A stretch of 64,000 nucleotides of DNA from Azolla caroliniana (taxonomy: Eukaryota > Plantae > Polypodiophyta): the NCBI GenBank assembly GCA_043228905.1, contig JBHGNT010000001.1, forward strand, positions 22,754,001-22,818,000. The letters run 5' to 3'. Below the pieces are notes generated by a model, which was not told where the DNA came from, did no database searches, and saw only the letters and a program-made list of their open reading frames with translations. The position numbers and the translations under genes were made by a program. Shown piece after piece: positions 51,218-63,581 of this stretch; positions within the stretch are counted from its first letter, which is position 1; each line of letters begins with the position of its first letter.

Positions 51218-54200
51218 AAGATGTCGCGTTTCTACGCGCGTGCGTGGAGAAATGAGGCGGGACCACCGGGGTCTTGAACCAAAGAGCAGGTGATAGGAGG
51301 GGAAAGAGAAAGAGAGAGACGACCGGTAACGTATGAGCAAAGAGACAAAGGGGCAGGGCCCGTCAACGCAGAAAACACGAATGGACACAGAGAGAGAGGG
51401 ACGTGAATGTTTGTATATTAACAAATGACACAAAACAACAGAGCACACGAACGGTTACAACCGAACAGGCCGGCGAACAGATGTCGATGCCTACTCGTCT
51501 GCGCACGAAAGGGGATAGGATGGAGGTGCTGCCGGAAGCACACGAGCGTTCCTCGAAGCAGCGCGAGCCTCCCGTAAACCTGCAGAGAAGAGCAATAGAG
51601 AACAAACAGAGGAGAAGCGTTCGGTTACAGTTCGACAGCACTTCGTCCTCCTCAATGCGCGATCCCCTCTCCCCTACGTCTCCCTCTCTCTTATAGCTTC
51701 AGGAAGGGAGCCGTCTCCCTCATTTACTTCCTACCTACCGAATCTAACTACCCCCCCCCCGGATATGCCTATGTACCTAATTCCCTATTATATACATAAA
51801 AGGGCGCGCACGCGTGAAGAGCCGGTTCACGCGCACTATGCGCCGATTGCGCTAAGGGACGGTTTTCTTCACGACAACGCATTCTGCATCTGGAAATCTC
51901 CGGGGGGGGCTTCTCTCTCTGAGAGGATATTTGCGCCCTTGGCTTTCAGCAACCGGCTCCTCTGTTTGTTCTTCATCTGAATCCAATTCAGGGTCTTGGC
52001 CAGTTCCGGTTTCTGCTTCTTCTTCTACCGGTTCGGTATCCTCACCGTAACCGAACGGTTCTTCAAGTGTCAACCAGCTCTTAGCCGGGTAGGTCCGAAT
52101 CTCATTGGACCGATCATTACTGGTCGACTCGGAGTTCGTTTTCTTCTTCTCCAACTCCCAGTCAGCAAGGGTCTTGTCCTCCATGAAGATAATATCTCAA
52201 CTCCGGAAAACAATCTTGTTGACCGGATCCCACACTCAGTAGCTGAACTCATCGTCGTCATATCCGAGGAATATGCAAGCCCGGGACTTTGAATCCAACT
52301 TTGCTCTTCGGTCCTTTTCCACATGCACGTAAACGAGACACCCGAACACCTTCAAATGCCAGTAAGACACATCCTTACCGGTCCACACTTTCTGCAGTGA
52401 GTCTCTATCCAAGGGTATTGAGGGTGATCTGTTTATCACATATGTCGTTGTCGACAGCGCCTCAGCCCAAAATGTCTTGGGCAACTTTGCATGTCCTAGC
52501 ATACTCCGGACCCTCTCCATTATGGTTCGGTTCATCCTCTCGGCCAACCCGTTTAGTTTCGACGTCTTCGGCACGGTAAATTCGAGCCGGATGACCTTTG
52601 AGCGGCATTACTCCTCGAACTGCCCCCAGTATTCTCCTCCGTTACCTACTCGAACTGCCTTCAGCTTCCGATCGGTTTCTCTTTCCACTCTTGCGTGGAG
52701 CTCCTTGATGACAGATAACACTTGATCCTTCGTCTTCAACGGTGTGGCCTACAGCTTCTGACTGTGGTCGTGTATGAACGTCACAAAGTACTGTGCTCTA
52801 GCATGTGACTTCATGTCCACTTGGCACACATCAGTATGCACCAACTCCAGTGGTGCATTACGTCTTGTCAGTGGTCTTGATCGGAAGGAGGTCCGGTTTT
52901 GCTTACCGGTTAGGCAGTCGGTGCACCTCTCAAGATGCACGTTCTTCACTAGAATGAGGTTGTCATCGGCAAGCCTCTTCATCCCCTTCTCACTCATGTG
53001 ACACAGTCTCTTGTGCTAGAGTTCACTGGCAGTGTCGGAAGAAACGTTCACTTCTTCCGGACATAACCGGGCATTCATCAGGTATAGTGTGTTGACCTTC
53101 CGAGCCCGACCCACTATCAGGCTCCCCTTGCTGAACTTCATGACACCGTTCCGGATGCTACCTGTGTAGCTTTCATCATCTAGTCGACCGGCTGATATCA
53201 GGTTCAGTCGAACCTCTGGAACGTGTCGAACATCCTTCAGCAGCAGCTTGCATCTGGTTGGTGTTGTCAACCACACGTCTCCTATGGCGACAATTCGGCA
53301 TGTACCTTCATTCCCCATCCGGACACAACCGTGATCATCGGTCGTGTAGGATGAGAAGCATTTCCGGTCCGGGGTAAGGTGGAATGACGCTCCGGAATCA
53401 ACAACCCATGTTGTCTCGTCGCCGGCAAGGTTCAACTCACTCTCCTCAGTGATGAGCATCAACTCCTCTTCACTTGCTACGATTGTCGTTGTTCCCTTCC
53501 GGTCCGGTGACCGCTTCGAATCAGTACTGTCAGTTTCCTTTTCTTTTCGGAAATGCCGACAGTTCTTCTGGAAGTGCCCCGGCTTGTCGCAATAGAAGCA
53601 AGTAGGCCTCCCCATTGACTTTGACAGTGTCCCCGACTTTTCCCGGTTCTAGGGACTCTGGTTCCTTTGTCTTCCGCGTCCCAATTTGGTAAGGAGCACT
53701 TTGGAGTCGAAGCTCGTATCCTTGCCTTTCCGACGTGCCTCCTCATCTAGCAAGCTCGACTTGACTCTTGCCAAGGATAACTATTTCCCTTCCGGCCCGG
53801 CGTTGCCCAAAGTGACAACTAACGTCTCCCAGCTATCCGGGAGGGAACCGAGCAAGAGCAGTGCTTGTACCTCATTGGCGAGAGGTACTTCCACCAAGGT
53901 TGCTTGGTGTATCAGTCCCTAGAAGGCATTCATGTGCTCCGCCATACTGGAGCCATCTTGGTACCGGAAGCTTCACTAGCTTCCGGAATACTGAAACCCA
54001 ATTAACAACATTTTTGTTCTGAAACATAATGTCTATCTTCTCCCAGACCTCATGAACCTTGCTTTCCTCATTAAAGTTGTTGTACATGCTCATGTCGATG
54101 AAACACCAGATGTATGCCATTGTCTTCATGTGCATCACCTCCCACACTGTGGCATCGATCTTGTCCGGTCTCTTGTCCCCGAACTGAACCAGCAACCAAA

Positions 54201-54565
54201 GATCTTTAACCACGAGCATGTCCCTCATCTTCGACTTCTACACTGAGTAGTTGGAGCCGGTGAGCTTAAACATGCCTCCCAACGAATCTTCCATTTTCTA
54301 TGTCGTTTCGCTCTTATACCAAATTGATGTGAAATATGCGGAATATTACTTGGCCACAACCGAGTCTCAGAGCGTGTCATTTAGAATCGAATACCGAGAA
54401 TGGGAATGGAGGTGAATACACGTACACACAGACAATATGAGAGAGGGTACACAGTATGTTTGCGTGGAAAACCCTAGATGGGAAAAACCACGGGAATCCA
54501 CAAACTCCAACTATCACTATGTCGAGAGGAATACAAGAGGGGGCATAGAGGTAATGACCTCGTGC

Positions 54566-54603
<38 letters not shown>

Positions 54604-55910
54604 CTACACTCTATACATCAGTTACACCAATAACTCTATACAAAATAATGATAACTTCATCACTCAAGAGTTTGCCCTAGGTCATATTTATACTAAGATG
54701 ACTTTCGGGGTATTTACAAATATAGCCCCAGTGGGCTCTCAAGAACATATTTACATATATGTCCCTTCATCCAGTGAGAGGTTCTCACCGAGCCTGTGTC
54801 ATCCGGTTCTCACCGGGTCTTCCGTTGCTGGGTACTCATATCCCATCCGGAGGGACCGAAATCCTAACATCATCCTCCTAAACGTTTACATCAACAGAGG
54901 CGAGAGAGTCGCAGATATCCTTGATCTTGGAGGTGCAGTCAGCCACCGACATATCTCGTTGTTGAACAATGCCCAACTCTTGCCTGAATTGGAGCTTTCT
55001 GGCTGTAGTGCTCGCGGCTAAAATCTTTTTCTGATTTCCCCAAGCATCCTTCGACGTCTTTGCATCCCGAATGTAGCTCAGAAGTTGATCGCTCACACAG
55101 GATACAAAGCAGTAGAGAACTTTGCTTCCCGCCTATTCCTAGGCTGGGGAATCTCTGTGTGTCGATTCGGGTGTTGCGTTATTAGCTCCATCGACATAAC
55201 TCTAGTAGCCATGCCCGAGCAGGTACTGGTGCATCTTGTACGACCAAGATGCGTAGTTGCTTCTGTCGAGCTTCTCCGTCGGAAGCGACCTAGCCATTCC
55301 TTTGTCCATTATTTTCTTCTTCTGTTCTTTCACCATGATTAGGGTTGGTCTATTTGTCGACAGCAGAGGATCTCAACCCTCGCGCTTTAATACCATGAAA
55401 AAGAATGCGTGCGGAAGCTTAACAAACAGAACCGGGTAACAACAGACAAAAGACAAAGAGGATGAGGAAGGTTTAATGGAGAGCTTAATCAACATAGCGT
55501 ACGCAGGAGAGACAGAGAGAGCAGAACATAGAAAACTCTATTCCAAAACAATACTCTAAAACTTTGTACATAGGAAGTTCTCAGAGAGCACTTTTATACA
55601 AGTCTATACAGACTGACAGAAGTACGGACACGTACTTTAATGCTCATCAATGAGCCCCTACACTAACTCCCAAAATATATTCCTCTGCGGAATATCAATC
55701 CAACGGCCTCCCAGTTTACACATCGTTACGGCGTCTCATTGCACACCTGGTTTACGCACCCAGTCTATGCACCGGTTTACGCACCCAAAGTTGAGCTTGT
55801 ATCTCAACAGTTGCCAACCAAGATCTTCACGGTGTACAGAAGAAGAGTTACTGATAGAAACTAGATAAACGATAGGAGCAGAATCGAAAGAACCTAGCTC
55901 TAATACTAGA

Positions 55911-56229
55911 TGTTGGGAACGCGGTCGTCTAGGTGCAGAACAATCTCAACACTCTTCTTTGAAGATATCGTTTATAGATGCAATGAAGAATATTGATGGC
56001 AATTGTAACAGAATTAGGAAGCAAGATCAACAAGAACGCAAGAGAGAGAGAAGTTTAGGCACAATATGAACTATCTTTCAACAACCACCATCACTAGGTT
56101 ACAAAGTAAATTTATGTATTGATTGACTTAGGGCAAGTACCCTTCTCACTATTTACATAAATAGCCTAAACCTAGTGTGTACAAAAAGGAGACAATGTGA
56201 ATATGTTCATTAGAGACCCGCATTCAACA
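55911..56229 (-). repeat. Putative 5' LTR of element C
   Basis: tgttgg...ttcaaca bounds, adjacent to a degenerate Met PBS (gctctaatacta). No partner LTR in the window, so the right boundary is tentative. Confidence 0.6.
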
Positions 56230-56383
56230 ATAAGTACTTGGATGCTCATAAATGAGCCTCTACGCTAACTCCAAGGAATATGCCTACGTACTAGGCTCAA
56301 ACCTAGGCCTCTAACAGCCTACCGCTTCACACTATTCCAAAATATGATCCGGTTCTCCGGTTTCCAGATCTCAATCCAGCTCT
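56230..56383 (-). repeat. Remnant resembling a family B LTR
   Basis: aagtac...tgctcat..atgagcc..ctaactcc..aatat resembles 21636-21695 and 55620-55680. Confidence 0.45.
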
Positions 56384-59300
56384 TGTCATGATATGGCAAG
56401 ACTTGAACCCATGACCTTATGTTATATGGGTCGGGCTCTTAGCCATTAGACTATATGTTGTAATACAAAAGATATTATTTTCATTTAGGTTTTACTATAG
56501 AAAATTGATGTATATTCCAGATTTCTCTAGAACATTCAAGAAACTTCAGGAGTACTCCTGAGAACACTATTTCGAACCAAATCGATTCAACACCAGTCTT
56601 AAGCCTCCTAGCTACTATTGTATATTCCCTTAACATAATATATATCTTTTGTTATCCTCATTCTCTCTCTCTCTCTCGATCTCTCTCGAGAGTTCTACAC
56701 CTCCCTTAGTACTAATCCTCATCTTTTAGTACTAATTCCTTCTCTATTTTAGTACTGTTCCTGACAGTACTTCTCTGTCTTAGTACTGCTCATGACAGTT
56801 TGAACCGATTTTTCTCTCCTTCCTTCAAGGAGGTACAAGGCATTATTTCGAACCAAATCGGTTCAACACTAGTCTTAAGCCTCCTAGCTACCATTGTATA
56901 TTCCCTTAACATAATATATATCTTTTGTTATCCTCACTCTCTCTCTCACTCACTCACTCACTCTCTCCTTCTCTCAAGAGTTCTACACCTCCCTTAGTAC
57001 TAATCCTCATCTTTTAGTACTAATTCCTTCTTTGTTTTAGTACTGTTCCTGACAATACTTCTCTATCTTAGTACTGCTCCTGACAGTTTGAACCGATTTT
57101 TCTCTCCTTCCTTCTCTTCCTTTATCTTCTTACTTCTCCCTCCCTTCATACTAATCTCTTATTCCTCTTTTCTCTCATACAATGTCCACTATTAGCACTC
57201 AAGAATATCAATCGGTTTTCTCAGAGTTGCAATGCTTGAAAGAGAAGTTTCTTGCTTTGGAACAAGAAAATCAATCGTTGTTGGGGGATCTTCAACAAAT
57301 CTCCTTAGAAAAGCAGCAAACGCAATAACAACATGGGGAAGTAGTGGTACGCGTGCAACAACTCGAAGCAACCTTAGTACTGAGGCAACAACAAGGACCC
57401 AGTACGCAAGGGATTCATAAAGAACCCAAGATCGGCCTTCCCATTAAATTTGATGGAACGCGATCATAGTTTAGAGGATTCCTTAATCAGGTACGATTAG
57501 TCATTCAAATGCATCCTTCTCGATATCCCACCGATGCATCACGAGTGGGACTAGTAGGCACTCTACTTAGTGACACAGCTTTGGCATGGTTCGCCCCCCT
57601 ATTAGAAAAAAGCTCTCCCTTGTTAAATAATTTCGAAGAGTTTATTACCAAGTTTAAAGCCTATTTTGGAGATACCGACAATGTTAGAACAACAATCAAC
57701 AAAATCCGAAGATTGCACCAAGGTGAGCGACCGGCCTCGGCTTTGGCTACGGATTTCTGTCTTCTTGCCACCGATATTCCCTAGGATGATCAAGCACTAA
57801 TGGAGCAATTTCGTTTTGGCCTACGCAATGATGTTAAAGATTTACTCTTAACTTTCCCCAAGGAGCCAAAGTCATTGACAGAAGCAATCAGGCGTGTGGT
57901 GCGATGCGATAATCGCCTCTTTGGACGACGTTCGAAACATTAGTTCCAAATGCCACGGACAAGATCGGAGCCCACCTATGCTTCAATCGTAGCAAAACCT
58001 TTCCCAAGGGAGTCATTCAATACATCTCCAACAAATACTCCGACTCCAATGGAAATCGACACCACACGTCGCCGCGGACCACTATTGGAAGAAGAAAAGC
58101 AGCAACATAGGGCAAATCGATTATGTCTTTATTGTGGTGGACCGGGGCATATTGCGGTGAATTGCCCCCATCAGCCGAAAAGGCGGGTAAATCAAATAAC
58201 CGCTAGTACTATAGTACTAAACCCGAGTCTATTCCTCTAGGTGTGTCCAATAGTCCTAATAGCCCATTTCAAACAAATTTGAAATCCTTAGTCAACTAGG
58301 AGAAGAGTTAAACGATTAAGTTCAGCCAAAATAGGAGTCGTTTGGTTGGACAACCCTAGATTTGTGCAGCCCATTAGTGGTTCCATTTCCTCTAAGCAAG
58401 TTAGCAATGTGTTCTTAGCTCAAGTATTGGTTAGTACTAAAAGTACTCCTCCAGTACATGTCTTAGCACTCTTAGATTCCGGAGCCGACTCTTGCTTCAT
58501 GGATAGGAATTTTGCCAAAGCTCATTAGATATCCCTATAGAAACTCCCATGTCTAGCCTCTGTAGCAGTCATTGATGGTCGTCCCATTGCTTCTAGGAAT
58601 TTTATAGAAGAGTCAGAACCCGTTAATATTGTCCTAGTTAACTTAGCGTGTGTAGTATCATTTAATATAATTAGTATCCCAAAACATCCCATTGTTTTGG
58701 GATTACCATGGTTCGAATTACATAACCCAGCCATAGATTGGAGAACAAGAGAAATAGGGCGTCGACAAACCTGAGGATCTACTCATAAGATTGCAACCAT
58801 TTCGCTACATCAGTTGTGTGAGGAAGGATGCAAGGAAGAAATGTTTCTCTTTGCAATATCAGTAAACCCCTCTAGTATCAATAAAGAGGAGTCCACCGTT
58901 CAACTTCCAAAGAAGTATCGTCATTATGCCGATGTGTTCAATAAAGTATGAGCTAATACGCTTCCTCACCATCGACCGTATGATTGCCCCATCGATTTAC
59001 AATCAGGAAAAGAGCCACCATGGGAACTGATCTACGATTTGTCACCAACCGAGCTAGAAGTCCTTCAAGCCTATATAGAGGAGAATTTGGCAAATGGTTT
59101 CATTCTACATTCGAAATCTCTCATTGGCACACCCATTTTCTTAGTCAAGAAAACGGATGAATCACTTCGTCTCGTCGTAGATTACCGTGGGTTGAATAAG
59201 GTCACCATCAAGAATAGGTATGCACTTCCTCTTATCTCAAGTCTTTTAGAACGGATCAATGGTGCAAGGTTCTTCACAAAGATCGACTTACGAGGAGTGT

Positions 59301-62286
59301 ATAACCTCGTACGGATCCGACCAGGAGATGAATGGAAGACTGCGTTTCGCACCAGATATGGGCACTTCGAGTATACGGTCATGCCATTCGGCCTCACTAA
59401 TGCGCCAATAGTCTTCCAGCACATGGCAAATGATATATTCAGAGATCTCTTGGATGATCTATTGGTTTATTCGAAGACCCAAGAATAGCATGATTCTCAT
59501 GTACTGTTAGTACTAAAACGACTTCGAGAACATGGTCTTTATGCAAAACTGGAAAAATGTAGTTTCGGGTGCAACCAGGTAGAATTTTTGGGCTTGTCAT
59601 TTCCTCGGAAGACATCTCCATGGATCCAACTAAGGTCAAAATGGTGGTAGAGTGGCAAACTCCACGTTCGTTGCGAGATGTCCAATGCTTTTTAGGCTTT
59701 GCCAATTTTTACCGCAAGTTAATACATTACTCAAAGCTTGTTCTGCCTCTCACACAACTTACTAGGAAGGGAAAATCGTTCATTTGGTCTGAAGAAGCGG
59801 ACATTGCTTTTGAGAGTCTTAAGAAGGCATTTACATCAGCTCCTATTTTAGCTCATGTTGATCCAGTAAAACCATTCATCATTGAAGCAGACGTATCGGA
59901 TTTCACCTTGGGTACCATTCTGTCTCAACAAGGCGATGATGAAAAGCTACATCCCGTGGCTTTCCATTCACGCAAGTTTGACACTGCGGAAATCAACTAT
60001 GAAATTCATGATAAGGAGCTATTAGCAATAGTGGACTCTTTTACGCAATGGAAGCATTTTCTAGAGGGGTCTTCTCATCAAGTCATCGTATTCAGTGATC
60101 ACAAAAACCTTGCCTACTTTCAGAATGCTCGTGTGTTAAATCGACATCAAGCTCGGTGGGCCCAATTCCTCATTCATTTCGACTTCAAAATTACATATCG
60201 TTCGGGGAAGCAACAAGGGAAGGCAGATGCATTATCGCGGCGTTCGTATCTAGCATCGCGTCCTGGCGAGCCGGCTTTCGATAACCAAAAGCAAGTAATC
60301 TTGGGACCGGCACAACTGCAAGCAACACAGGTCTTCGGTATGCCCATGGATTCCCACGTTATCGATACCATACGTGAGGACTTGAATACAGATGTTTCCG
60401 CTCAAGCCATTCTAGCACAAATTGATCCCTCTCGAGCATCTTGTTCACAGTCACAACAACCAGGTACGGACTATCCACAATTCGAATGTCATGATGGATT
60501 ACTATTCTTTAAGAAACTCTTGTATGTTCCTAATGGTACTTGTCGCCTTCAAGTAGTTCAAAAATGTCATGACACATATACAGCTGGGCATTTTGGTAGT
60601 ACCAAAACACTAGATTTAGTACAATGATCCTTTTGGTGGCCCCATATGCGACAATTTGTCGAAGATTTTGTTTGGACTTGTGATACATGTTGCAGAGCAA
60701 AAATGGCAAGGCATCATCCATATGGTTTATTAGAACCATTACCAATTCCAAGCAAGCCATGGCAATCCATTGCCCTAGATTTCATCACAAATCTTCCGGT
60801 CTGTAAGGGATTCGATGCAATCTTAACAGTAGTAGATCGATATACGAAGATGGCCCATTTCCTGCCATGTACTAAGGAAATCTCTACTGAAGAAACCGCC
60901 AAAATTGTCATGCGTGAAGTATGTCGGCATCATGGCCTTCCCGATAGTATCATCAACGACCGTGGACCCCAGTTCGTCTCAAAGTTCTGGAAGCACCTCT
61001 TTAAAATGCTTAAGGTCACTTGTAACCTCTCCTCCGACTACCACCCGCAAACAGACGGCCAAGCAGAACGAACATCAAACGCTGGAGCAGTATCTTCGGT
61101 GCTTTTTAAGCTATCATCAAGATGACCGAGAGGATATTCTCCACTTCGCCGAATTTGCGTATAATAACTCTGTCCACTCATCGACAAAGGTGACACCATT
61201 TTATGCTTACACTGGCTGTCACCCCTGGTCGTGTGTATTTGAAACCCCAGAGTTACCCACAAATCCTTGTGTAGAGGATCGTTTGGAGCGGCTACGTAAG
61301 ATACAATCGGATTTATTTACTCATCTACAACAAGCTCAACAAACACACAAGGTTTACGCAGATTGTCCTCGGCTTCCATCCCATTTTGACATTGGAGATC
61401 GGGTGTGGTTACTACAATGACACATCAAGATTACTCGCCCATGCAAGAAGTTGGATTACCGACGATTAGGTCCTTTCCGTATTATCGGAAAAATTAATGA
61501 TTTCGTCTCGATCTACCTCCACAACTTCAGATACATCCGGTGTTTCATAGTTCTCTCCTCGAACCCTATCAAGACAACACCATCCCAAGTCATAATAAAC
61601 AACCTCCACCCCCGATCGAGCTTGAAGATGGACCTAAGTACGAGGTTGCTACCATCCTCGATTCCAACATTGTTCGCAACAAGCTCTACTATTTAGTCGA
61701 TTGGCTAGGATATAGTCCCAGCGAGCATACTTGGGAACCAATAGAGAATGTGACCAATGCTCGTGCTCTTCTTGAAGACTTCCATCATCAATATCCAGAC
61801 AAACCGGGTCCTCAATCCAAAATGACTCGTGATACTCATCGTTTTAAAGTGGGGATAGTGTCATGATATGGCAAGACTCGAACCCATGACCTTATGTTAC
61901 ATGGGTCGAGCTCTTGACCATTAGACTATATGTTGTAATACAAAAGATATTATTTCCATTTAGGTTTTACTATAGAAAATTGATGTATATTCCAGATTTC
62001 TCTGGAACATTCAAGAAACTTCAAGAGTACTCCTAAGAACACTACAAAAGGAGGCACAAGGCATTATTTTGAACCAAATCAGTTCAACATCAGTCTTAAG
62101 CCTCCTAGCTACTATTGTATATTCCCTTAACATAATATATATTTTTTGTTATCCTCATTCTCTCTCTCCTTCTCTCAAGAGTTCTACACCTCCCTTAGTA
62201 CTAATCCTCATCTTTTAGTACTAATTCCTTCTCTGTTTTAGTATTGTTCCTGACAGTACTTCTCTGTCTTAGTACTTCCCCTGACA
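56384..62286 (+). mobile_element. Chromovirus (Tcn1/sushi-like gypsy), full length but degenerate
   Basis: LTRs 56384-56797 and 61859-62286; TSD GCTCT/ACTCT; PPT aaagtggggatag; partial LTR duplication 56827-57085. Confidence 0.93.
57182..61866 (+). pseudogene. Chromovirus gag-pol remnants including a chromodomain
   Basis: Gag PMEID...LCLYCGGPGHIAVNCP; PR ALLDSGA; [10 protein letters not shown]...MPFGLTNAP; RH YEIHDKELLAI; INT YHPQTDGQAER; chromodomain YEVATILDS...YLVDWLGYSPSEHTWEP at ~61640-61790. Confidence 0.93.
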
Positions 62287-62959
62287 ACTCTAGCTTATTC
62301 ATCTTGATAGAGAGATGATAGAAAGAAAAGATAAAGAAGATATAAAGATCTAAAACCACAAAGATCTATTAATCATGAAAGAAGGAAGAGAGAAAGAAGA
62401 TACAACTACAAATATCTATTGATAAGAATTCAAACAACACAACATGAATTGGAAAGAAATCACCACAAGAAAGAGAATCTCCTACCACCTTACTCTTCTT
62501 GCTTTATATAAAGTTCTCTTCCACTAGATAAGTTTCCCTTGCTTTCTTTTTTATGCTTTTTTTAGAGCTTTTCCATCTCCTATTCTTAGCTATGACACAA
62601 CTATCTTCTAATCGTTATATCTCCCTCATCCAAGCTCCAAATTTAGAGCTTTAAAAAGCTACGGATAGATCTCTTCATAAGCTTTCTAACTCATATTTGA
62701 ACATTATATTTGGCTTCCAAAAGAATGAGTTATGAGTGTTCGTTTTAGACTATATTTTGGTGACCCGCTTTTTTCTTCTTTTACTTTTCTCCACGTGTCT
62801 TGCTTTTTGTCTGACTTATCCTCAAGACCTTGGTTCGTGATCTTGCCCTCCGGATGTGAACGCACCATACCTTATATTTTTGTAGTGTCCAATGACTTTC
62901 ACACATCTGATCGGGATGTTGTTGAGCTTGTTCGCTCAACACTAGAAAAAAAAAAGCTA

Positions 62960-63580
62960 CCTGAATCTTGTTTCTAATTGTTGTCATTGCCAACGTGACC
63001 TTACTTTTCATCGCAGCAACCAAAGTTGCTTTCTCTAAGGCAAACTTTGTTGCCTCCAATGTCTCACAAGCTTCATGAAAAATTTTCAACATATAGCTAA
63101 TCAATGTCTCACATGTATCATTGACATTTGCTTTCATGTTGTTTCTATGTGGTGTCTCCTTGCGGGTTTGCTGGGAATCGACAGTTGCATCATCAACTCT
63201 CATGCTCCAAAATTGCGCCATATTTTTTTGCAAGCTCCCCATCTTCTAGCATCGTTCTACTGATGCCTCACCTACAAGAGCCCAAGCTATCCTATACATT
63301 TCAGGGTTAGTTGCTTCCTTCGTTGTTTTGCAATACTCATTGGCAAAAGCTCTGGTGAATACAACGGACAATTCGTTGTTGACTAGGATCTCTTGATGTA
63401 CTTTTTGGTGGAGCCTCATGCAATCAACTCTAATCGTACATGCTTAAGCTTCACCTTACCTTTCACTTTGGGCACTTTATAGAGTGACAACCAATCTATA
63501 TCGCTAATTAAGTTATTTGTTACCACAGTAGGGTCAATACCCTCCAGTGATAGACCATATACGTGGTTTGAAGTCCTCCG
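62960..63580 (-). pseudogene. Degenerate ORF of unknown family, probably TE-associated
   Basis: Protein-like pieces (IDWLSLYKVPK..., RLHQKVHQEILVNNELSVVFTRAFANE...WALVG, then ORF 62781..63242) broken by a stop and a frameshift. Confidence 0.3.
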
Positions 63581-63581
63581 T

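Larger units (their letters stand above)
44825..51876 (-). mobile_element. Ty3/gypsy G2 (non-chromovirus, possibly Phygy-like), full length but degenerate
   Basis: LTRs 44825-45486 and 51222-51876; apparent 4-bp TSD ACGT/ACGC; tRNA-Trp PBS; PPT aggtgggggcgga; domain order gag-PR-RT-RH-INT. Confidence 0.92.
31809..54869 (-). mobile_element. Copia A2, degenerate; hosts A3 and gypsy G2
   Basis: TSD TCATC; LTRs 31809-32395 and 54325-54869; PBS remnant 54310-54321; coding pieces 32406-33196, 44026-44820 and 51877-54295 are colinear. Confidence 0.93.
21412..55809 (-). mobile_element. Copia B2, degenerate, expanded to 34.4 kb by nested insertions
   Basis: TSD GTTGC (21407-21411, 55810-55814); LTRs 21412-21823 and 55396-55809; PPT 21824-21832; degenerate Met PBS 55384-55395; RH-RT-INT 21830-25365, protease/gag 31024-31808, gag N-terminus 54870-55310. 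Confidence 0.92.
2050..56229 (-). mobile_element. Copia element C, outermost host; RT, RNase H and 3' LTR missing
   Basis: Pieces are colinear on the minus strand: putative 5' LTR 55911-56229, degenerate Met PBS ~55896-55908, leader split by B2, gag 20388-20825 (NFNFWKEQMQ...LYNLRMKESDSV...DELRV) resuming at 4499 (MSSLPPSWETF), protease (WLLDSG, NVRHVP) ~3800-4045, integrase 2213-2960 (CIFLGYG). Confidence 0.8.
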
